Shown here in pieces: positions 54,890-64,000 of a stretch of 64,000 bases of DNA. Every line of letters begins with the position of its first letter. Within the stretch, counting starts at the first letter, position 1. This DNA is from Octopus vulgaris (taxonomy: Eukaryota). The stretch spans positions 38,316,001-38,380,000 of the forward strand of contig OX597828.1 of NCBI GenBank assembly GCA_951406725.2. The letters are read 5' to 3'. The position numbers and the translations under genes are program-made. The notes under the pieces were generated by a model, which was given only the letters and a program-made list of their open reading frames with translations, made no database searches and was not told where the DNA came from.

Positions 54890-55312
54890 TGTTTGTGTGT
54901 CTGTGTTTGTCCCCGCAACATCGCTTGACAACCGATGCTGGTGTGTTTACGTCCCCGTAACTTAGCGGTTCGGCAAAAAAGAGACCGATAAAATAAGTAC
55001 TAGGCTTACAAAGAATAAGTCCTGGGGTCGATTTGATCGACTAAAGGTAGTGCTCCAGCATGGCCACGGTCACATGACTGAAACAAGTAAAAGAGTATAT
55101 ATATATTTGCGTGTGAGAGAACACGTATTCTGCATGAAGAACTTAAGCGTGCTGCTCGAAAGCGCAATGCTGGTACGTTAAATGTACACGTGTCTGTGGA
55201 GTGCTCAGCCACTTGCACGTTAATTTCACGAGCAGGCTGTCCCGTTGATCGGAACAACTGGAACCATCGTTGTCGTAACCGACGGAGTACCACGAGATAT
55301 ATATATGGGTGT

Positions 55313-55356
<44 letters not shown>

Positions 55357-55400
55357 GTAAATAAATGGAGTTGAACGCAGATGTTATTCAAATTCTTTTA

Positions 55401-55483
55401 CTTTCGACATATGTTTCGAAGATGACATTGGTTTTATTCCGAAGGAATAAACGGTATAAAATAATGTAATCTCATCAGGAAAG
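55401..55483 (-). ncRNA. Minimal type-I hammerhead ribozyme
   Basis: Minus strand: ctttc-CTGATGA-gattacatt...tttattcc ttc ggaataaa...aatgtcatcttc-GAAA-catatg-TC^-gaaag. Perfect stem I, palindromic stem III ACATATGT. Confidence 0.82.
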
Positions 55484-55510
55484 AAAGAGAACCTATCTCA
55501 ACAACAAGAC

Positions 55511-55569
<59 letters not shown>

Positions 55570-55634
55570 CCACATGTGGACTGTTGGCGATATTTTTCCC
55601 GTCTTCCTTTTCTCTTGGACTTTCTTCTGTCTCC

Positions 55635-55671
55635 TGTTTCTGAAGAAGAGCTTTGCTCGAAATGTAAAACA
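55635..55671 (+). ncRNA. Minimal hammerhead ribozyme (37 nt), stem III possibly mutated
   Basis: tgttt-CTGAAGA-a-gagc ttt gctc-GAAA-t-GTA^-aaaca. ATGT would be palindromic ACGT with one C/T change. Confidence 0.65.
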
Positions 55672-55772
55672 CCTCTTTACTTTCTCTGAACGTCTTATTA
55701 ATACTTTGCGTGTGCCACGTCTTCGCGTTGTTTTTCTATTGTTGTCTTGTTTTTTCTCCGTTTTCTTTTTAA

Positions 55773-55818
<46 letters not shown>

Positions 55819-55843
55819 GAAATACCGCATGTTTATGTTTCAG

Positions 55844-56020
55844 AGTGGAGGGAATAAGGGTGTAAGCATCTTCTCCATCCTTGAAGACCAAGCCAGTTTA
55901 CAGAAGATTTCGGATGAAGGTTTGGTGCAGAAATTAAACGAAAATTGCTCACAGAACAACCGATATATTCGCAGAAATGAAACTGAAATATCATTTGGTA
56001 TCATCCATTATGCAGATCAG
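55844..56020 (+). CDS. Myosin motor gene exon 11
   Basis: [35 protein letters not shown]...FGIIHYADQ; tttcag acceptor, gtctga donor, phase 0/0. Confidence 0.93.
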
Positions 56021-56115
56021 GTCTGATATATCTTCAAATATAACACACACATACACACATATATATATGTGGGCGTATGTGTGTGTATAGATATAGATAT
56101 ATATACATACATATA

Positions 56116-56216
<101 letters not shown>

Positions 56217-57209
56217 TGTTGTGTCTGGGGAGAGTCATTCTCTTTTAGTGCCTTATTATTTAACACACTCACCAGTAGAATTTCCCCTTTTTTTTTCTTA
56301 TTTTTATTTTCTAAAATTTTCGTTGCGTCTTGCAGCCTTTTCACGAATTCATATAAAGAATCTTGCAAACCAAATCCAAAAACGATATATATATATATAT
56401 TATTTAAATCATAATTAAGGGTATCTAAAAGATACCATCATGCTAGAGATAGCAGTCAAAACGTGACTCTAAAATCACATCAAATATTCTTACAGCACCA
56501 GTAGAGAAGACAAAGAGACAAAATAAACTAGCAAAGAGATTATTGGATAATTCCAGATCTAGATTCCTAGCCTTGCATAACAAATGCTTTGCTTCATCAG
56601 TGGAATATACACACATATATATTTATATATTTCTAAATTTATATAAATTTATGTATACATACGTAAATTTAAGTCAGAATATATGGGTTCGAGTAACCCG
56701 GCGATATTCATAAAAATATCCTTAACGTTTCATTCTACTAGGTATGCTACAATATATAGTACGATGCGAGAAAATACGATAAGGAGTGTATAAAGTCATT
56801 TATATAGGCGCAGGCGTGGCTGTGCGACAAGAAGCTTGCTTCCCAAACACATGGTTCCGGGTTCAGACCCACTGCGAGGCACCTTGAGCAAGTGTCTTCT
56901 ACAAATAGCTTCGGGCCGACCAAAGCCTTGGAGTGGATTTAGTAGGCGGAAACTGAAAGAAGCTCGTCGTATATATGTATATACGTATATGTTTATGAAC
57001 GAAGGCGAAGACGACCACCAACGACGACGTCGACGAGAAGGAGGAGGAGGAGGAGGAGGGAGGAGGGGGAGGAGGAGGAGGAGGAGGAGGTGGAGGTTTG
57101 TAGTAGTCGTAGAGATAAGGATTTTGATGATGACAGTTACAGTTATGATGACAGTTACGATGACAGTTACGACAATAACAGTTACAGCAACCACGACAAC
57201 GATGGAGAA

Positions 57210-57260
<51 letters not shown>

Positions 57261-57306
57261 TGACGAATGCAATGATGATCTTATTGTTTTTTATCTGTCC
57301 CTACAG

Positions 57307-57416
57307 GTCATCTACAATGCCAGTGGTTTAGTGGAGAAGACAAAAGATACTTTATCCAAATCGCTAAGATCAGTGATTTGCTACAGTGGAAACCCACTTT
57401 TAAGACGATGTTGCCC
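57307..57416 (+). CDS. Myosin motor gene exon 12
   Basis: [36 protein letters not shown](P); cctacag acceptor, gtgcgt donor, phase 0/2. Confidence 0.9.
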
Positions 57417-57483
57417 GTGCGTATATCTCAACTTTGTATCCTCTTGTAGCTCTCTCATTGTGTCTGTCTTTTATTCGCTCTCA

Positions 57484-57514
<31 letters not shown>

Positions 57515-57603
57515 ACTCCAGTATATATACGTCTGTGTGTGTATATTCAGAAAAGGATAGTGAGTTGTGCCTTTGCATGTATATATATATATATGTATGT
57601 ATG

Positions 57604-57670
<67 letters not shown>

Positions 57671-57733
57671 TGTTCCTATATATATATATATGTTTTCATG
57701 TATATATATATATATATGTATGTATGTATATAC

Positions 57734-57784
<51 letters not shown>

Positions 57785-57974
57785 TATGTACATATATGTA
57801 TGTATATATGCATATATATATACACTGAAAAGGTTAAGAGTTTTAATCGTGACAATTTGTATTCAAAATAAGAAAATGCGTTGAGAACATTATCAATGCA
57901 CAAAAGAAAGGAAATATTCACATTTTAGCAAACTGCTACCGATTTCAATCGCTTTATGTCGATTTACTCATATA

Positions 57975-58016
<42 letters not shown>

Positions 58017-58603
58017 CTTGGTTGTGTGGTAATAGCTATGCTTCCGACCACATACTTCCGGGTTTTCAATCCCACTGCGCTGCACCTTGTGGAAATGTCT
58101 CTTATATAGCCTCGGACCGACCAAAGCCTTGTGAGTGTATTTGGGGGACGGAAACTGAAAGAATCCCGTCATATATACAATATATGTGTGTATGTATGTA
58201 TGTATATGTATATGTATATGTATGTATATGTATGTATATGTATGTATATGTATGTATATGTATGTGTGATTGCGTGCGTGTTTATATGTGTGTGTGTGTA
58301 TAATTTTACCTGCACACTAATTGTATCATGTTCACAGCTAGTTTTCTTACTTCTCAATATATTTCTTTATTTCCCCTTCATTTCTCTCTCTTCTCCCTCC
58401 CCCTCTCTCTCTCTCTCCCTTTCATTATTTCTCTCCTTCTCTCTCTCTTTCTCTTTCTTTCTTTTTGTCCTCTTCCTTTTCTCTAACCCTGAAGATGTAG
58501 AAGCAGTTTATATTCTTTCGTATTTTTTTCTTCTTCATTTCTTTACATCTTAAGTACAGTCGTTGATAATCTTCTAATCCCTTAATTTTTATTTCCTGTA
58601 CAG

Positions 58604-58651
58604 CACCGGAAATGTTGGAAGCTTCGGCAAGAAGGGAAATATGCAAATAAA
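58604..58651 (+). CDS. Myosin motor gene exon 13 (48-nt micro-exon, loop-2 region)
   Basis: (P)TGNVGSFGKKGNMQI(N); polypyrimidine tract plus gtacag acceptor, gtaaga donor, phase 2/2. Confidence 0.72.
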
Positions 58652-58749
58652 GTAAGAACAATACTTGTATTTTCATATATCCAAATAACGTATACAAATG
58701 GGAGTGTATGTTTTGCGTGAATATATGGTAAATTCTACAAGGAAAAGGT

Positions 58750-58795
58750 GACAGCGACTTCAACGTTTCGACTTATTAGCCGTCATCAGACTGTC
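58750..58795 (-). ncRNA. Minimal hammerhead ribozyme
   Basis: Minus strand: gacagt-CTGATGA-c ggct aata agtc-GAAA-cgttgaa-GTC^-gctgtc. Confidence 0.72.
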
Positions 58796-59102
58796 GCCAG
58801 CCATGAGTCGTCAAACTGATGATCACCAGTATACCAAAACATCGAAGTTACAGTTAGGTTTATCCTTATAAAAATTCATAAGAAATTTCTCTACAAGAAA
58901 GTATTGAGTGGTCCCTAGTGGCTGTGTGGTAAGTAGCTTGCTTGCCAACCACATGGTTCCGGGTTCAGTCCCACTGCGTGGTACCTTGGGCAAGTGTCTT
59001 CTACTATAGCCTCGGGCCGACCAAAGCCTTGTGAGTGGATTTGGTAGACGGAAACTGAAAAAGCCCGTCGTATATATGTGTGTATATATATATATATGTA
59101 TG

Positions 59103-59181
<79 letters not shown>

Positions 59182-59688
59182 TTGTGTATCTGTGTTTGTC
59201 CCCCAACATCGCTTGACAACCTATGCTGGTGTGTTTACGTCCTCGTAACTTAGTGGTTCGACCAAAGTCACCGATAGAATAAGTACTAGGCATACAAAAA
59301 ATAAGTCCTGCGGTCGATTTGCTCGACTAAAGGCGGTGGTCCAGCATGGCTACAGTCAAATGACTGAAACAAGTAAAAGAGTAAAAGAGTGTGTATATAT
59401 ATATATATATATATACGCAAATATGCGTCATAAGGATACAGCTTGGATAATAACACTGTCTACACACTATCTACTCACACAGATACATATGGATCTGTAT
59501 GTTTGTGTGTGTATGCATGTGCATGATAAGCAAAACATGCAATTTATACCATTTGTTCTCTATGCACGTTTCACCGTGATGGCTTTTTGCATCCTCTGCA
59601 GTGCGTCCTCTACAGTTCATAGTGCATTTGGCTTCGTTTCCACTACGATTCTTCGGAGTAACACTTTATTACGTTAGAGAGACATATA

Positions 59689-59730
<42 letters not shown>

Positions 59731-59848
59731 GATAAACTCCAGAAATAAGGTGTTAGTGATATTATGTACACATATATCTCGATTTTCTCAAAAAAATATC
59801 GTATAACCATTAATATTGTATTGCCGTTTCTCCTCTTCTTCTCGGCAG

Positions 59849-59897
59849 CGAGACAGGTGTGTCGAAAATGAATGAAACTGTGACCAAACATTTCCAG
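59849..59897 (+). CDS. Myosin motor gene exon 14 (49 nt)
   Basis: (N)ETGVSKMNETVTKHFQ matches the myosin TV...F motif after loop 2. Strong pyrimidine tract plus cag, gtacgt donor, phase 2/0. No next exon (SL..L...PHF.RCIKPN) was found in the window. Confidence 0.82.
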
Positions 59898-59956
59898 GTA
59901 CGTTGAAATAGATACTTCATACAGCACCCCTCATTTTCTTTCTGACCTTCTCCCGC

Positions 59957-60002
<46 letters not shown>

Positions 60003-60048
60003 ACTCTATCTTTATCGCTGTCTCTCACCTTGTCTTTCACATATACAC

Positions 60049-60099
<51 letters not shown>

Positions 60100-60165
60100 A
60101 TTAACAGAATGAGATTTAAAAAATTCAACGCTGTGAATAGTTTTCGGAACATTTATAAAGAGAAG

Positions 60166-60213
60166 GCCTTACAGCTGTTTCTGGGATATTTTATATATCC
60201 TTTCATCAGAGAC
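60166..60213 (-). ncRNA. Minimal hammerhead ribozyme
   Basis: Minus strand: gtct-CTGATGA-aa ggatat ataaa atatcc ca-GAAA-cagctg-TA^-aggc; palindromic stem III ACAGCTGT. Confidence 0.7.
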
Positions 60214-60855
60214 GGTGCGAAAAAATGTTTAAGCAATTGCTATTAAAGAGAAGATATGAAATACAGAGTGAAGTGGAGGAATGAAAACAGACGTGAGATA
60301 TGTAAGAATATTTTATCTGCAGTTCCATTATTTAAGCACAATGGTATATATATACATTTTGTCCCGTTCCTGTTATCCGAGATGTTGTGCAGAGGTAGAT
60401 GTAAATAGAGATCGAGGGACTGGACAGAGACGTACGATGAAAAAAAAAGCTCTTATATATGCAAGACCTGGTCGAATAAAAATGTGAAAAATGAAAGTAG
60501 CTGAGCTAGTTAGTTCACACCGTAGCACGAGCGTATGGCTGCATTTTTAAACACATAATTAGTTTTATTATATTTGACGAGAAATAACCAGCACACGGAC
60601 TACTGTCAAATTTAAAACTAACAGTACACGTGACTCCATTGCGCGTTGTACAAACACACACGCACACACATCGCCCACATACACATGCATATGCATATGC
60701 ATATGTGTGTTTGTGTGCGTGCGTGTGTGTGTGTATGATATGCATATATATATATATATTAGAAGAAATGGGGTACTCAGAAATTCGGATGGTTTTATAT
60801 TTACAGATATTTATTTGTATATTATGTTTTTATACATCATATAACTTACATCATC

Positions 60856-60931
<76 letters not shown>

Positions 60932-60948
60932 GTATATATATATGTATA

Positions 60949-61040
<92 letters not shown>

Positions 61041-61967
61041 AAATAATTAAGTACCTAATTCAATTGAATTAGCTACTTAAGTTAAAGCACTAAGTCAGTT
61101 CGGTACAGCTTGAAGTAAGGTTAATAAAATGAAAATTATATATATATATATATATAATTTGAAAAGAGTATGAAAGGGATAGATTATCCTGGCGGATACT
61201 GAATTATCTCATAAAATGGTATAGATGCTGGCTATCCACAACAGTTCAATTACATAGCGCTCAAGCTTAAATAGATACTGTTACTTGTAAGTACCACTTG
61301 TTGGGTAGTTCTTTGTTCCTGTTTAGAACTGCAAATATTCCGTAGAGTATATAACAGAAAGCCAAGAGGAGAGTGGAAATTTATTCACAGCCATAACTTT
61401 TTATTTAGCATTAGCGAAGCCGGAGTATAGAGAAAAATTAAAATTCTTTAACAGTAGTAATAACAGAAATACTATAAGTAGCAGGATGAACCATCCTGAC
61501 AATAAGCAAATTAGTAACCAAAAGGAACAGAGAGTAGGACGATTAAAAGATGGGAAATCTGTGCAATTAGAATGTAGAGAGTCTGTGTAATTAGAATGTA
61601 ACAATACAGTACCTATGAACAAAACTAGGAGTACAAATTTACTTGAATCTATGCTAAATAAGGTACAAAGCGGCTTAGATATGAATGGACTTACTAAGAG
61701 TTCCCATTCAATCAAGGAGGTAAACGAGTACTCTGTAAAGAGTATTGTACAAATAACTGACAAATGTAAAGTCATGTAATGGTAAACAAAGCCTATGCTG
61801 TAATAGGGACCGGATAAATAGATTACACACGTTTACAAACATGAACAATAACAATGATAGTAACTAGGGTTATGATTATAGATCAATAAATGGCAACAAT
61901 GTCAACATGAGCAAACAACTCATGTTATATAAATAACACAACTAGTTATCAGGATAGGAACAATGGT

Positions 61968-62610
61968 TTGACGACCAATAAAATAGAAGAGACCCGAGTG
62001 AACTTCCCGGTTAGCCTAGAGGTAGAAGATATGAATCCTAAAAAGCACAGTACTAAGAATGTTGCCTATGTGCAAAAGACTAATATAAAGGAAAATATAG
62101 AAATCACATCTAGAGAAGGTGAAGCGAATGCAATTAATAGAAATATTAGAACTATTGAATGCGATTGTACAAGGAACAGGGTCTTTCCACTTAACTCTAA
62201 CTGTAGGCATAAAAATAGCGTATACAGATGTAAGATTACCTCAGAGACTAGAGAGTATTTCTATTTAGAAGTTAGCTCATGTTATATTAAACAGAGAATT
62301 GTCAATCATTTAAGTTCGTTTAGAAATTGAAACAAAATGAATACTACCAACTCTAGTAAGCTGATTTGGGCACTAAAAGATAATAAAGTATTTTCGATTG
62401 CGTGGGAAATAATTAGTAAGGTAAATCCTTATAGAATAGGCGATAATAGATGTGGCTTTTGTAAGATATGTACAAAATTTTGGTAAGAAATGTACCAAAT
62501 TTTCACTTCTAAATTTACTCTTATAATTACTAGATAGGAACAGGCTATGAGATATCAACACTGGGCAAAATATACGTTAAAACGATTTAAAGAAGCAATT
62601 TACCATTTAT
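61968..62610 (+). pseudogene. Penelope-like element GIY-YIG endonuclease relic
   Basis: CDCTRNRVFPLNSNCRHKNSVYRCKITSETREYFYL......IKQRIVNHLSSFRN*...SKLIWALKDN...WEIISKVNPY....RCGFC matches the PLE C.C...CPL...C....VY...YIG...K.R..NH..SF..SK.IW.LK pattern. Confidence 0.85.
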
Positions 62611-63109
62611 AGTAATTATACTACTTCAAATAATGATTGTGATACTAATAAATATAATTATAATAATAATAGCAATAATATTAATTGAGGGTATAAACCC
62701 AAATTAAGTGGAATACCTCTGAATAAATAATGTATTCCATACAGCAAAATGTAAGTAAAATGTAAACAAAACTGCTAGAATTAGTAGTTATATAAATAAA
62801 TATTTTCAAACCACGATTCAACTGTAAAACCCGTGGAGGTGATTGTAAGACCAGAATTCAGTTCGATTTAAAGAGTAGAGCTATCAGCTTTAACGCAGGA
62901 ACCTTGTTTGAATTAGTTCACTTTGAAAACGTCGTAAACGATGGACCTTTGAGGAAATTGCAGAGACTAGGATGCATAATTGCATACAGAGCAATGTGTA
63001 GTTTCCGCAGTAGAAATATATGTTGGTGATTGGTGTATATGCTGTAGAAAACTTTTGATGAAAAGTTTTGGCTGTGAATAAATCTCCACTCCTCTCTCGG
63101 TTTTCAGTT

Positions 63110-63179
<70 letters not shown>

Positions 63180-63216
63180 GGTGGGGGGGGGACAAACATA
63201 GACACACAAGCATACA

Positions 63217-63261
<45 letters not shown>

Positions 63262-63268
63262 CACACAC

Positions 63269-63299
<31 letters not shown>

Positions 63300-63842
63300 C
63301 GACGAGCTTCTTTCAGTTTCCGTCTACCAAATCCACTCACAAAGCTTTGGTCGGCCCGAGGCTACAGTAGAAGACACTTGCCCACCCAGTGGGTAATTAT
63401 ATATATATATATATATATGATATAATTATATTACGTAACTGTATGTATGATGTATATAAAGTTATATATGTGATCATATCTACCTATCTATATGTATGTG
63501 TGTGTGTGTGTATTGGAATGTGTGTATGCACATATGCATAGCAACAACAACAGCAAGTTAAGGTATCACAACTATTGTGATATTTTAGAGTGTCCTATGT
63601 GGATACACTAAGCTATTATCTTTAACGTTAATCCGTCTAACTGCAAACTGATAAATGAAAAATACACTCGGAAATCCCCGACGGCAGTTGTTCAGACCCG
63701 TTTCACTGTGTCAAGTGATTCAGCGATGAGTCATACCTATGAAGGGATAATATTCTATCACAGGTAGCATTTTTAGGTTAGGTTTATATAAACGTACTTA
63801 ACACGCACAAATAAGGAAGCAGAGGTACACACTAACACACAC

Positions 63843-63880
<38 letters not shown>

Positions 63881-64000
63881 CTTCATACATACATACAATT
63901 ATACATACATACATGCACCCACAAACACACACACACACACATGACTATGCAGAATACTGCTTAGCGGTATTTCGTCTGCCGCTACGTTCCACCGAGGTCG

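Noticed and set aside
56836-57783. 315-aa ORF, the longest in the track
   Set aside because: Read-through of a SINE plus GGA/GAT repeats plus real exon 12 plus microsatellite; only 57307-57416 is coding.

Overview
AT-rich, microsatellite- and SINE-dense animal genomic DNA. The SINE families resemble those of octopus, so a coleoid cephalopod host is inferred. One spliced host gene is on the + strand: 14 phase-consistent GT-AG coding exons (29432-59897, 1854 nt, 618 codons) encode most of a divergent myosin motor domain with no N-terminal kinase seen in the window. Its signature residues best fit the myosin-motor-domain (MMD) chitin synthases of molluscs/lophotrochozoans; the gene runs off the right edge, so a chitin synthase domain is not visible. 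The rest is transposon debris: three tRNA-derived SINE families, Helitrons and a Helentron/HINE, mariner and maT/Tc1 relics and MITEs, CR1-group and R4/Dong-like LINE fragments stacked in (TAA)n, and Penelope-like GIY-YIG relics. Not shown by the ORF track are about a dozen minimal type-I hammerhead-ribozyme motifs of different sequence families, several in short non-coding elements embedded in (TA)n, and several long fold-back or inverted structures. Nearly all ORF-track entries are microsatellite or SINE artefacts.
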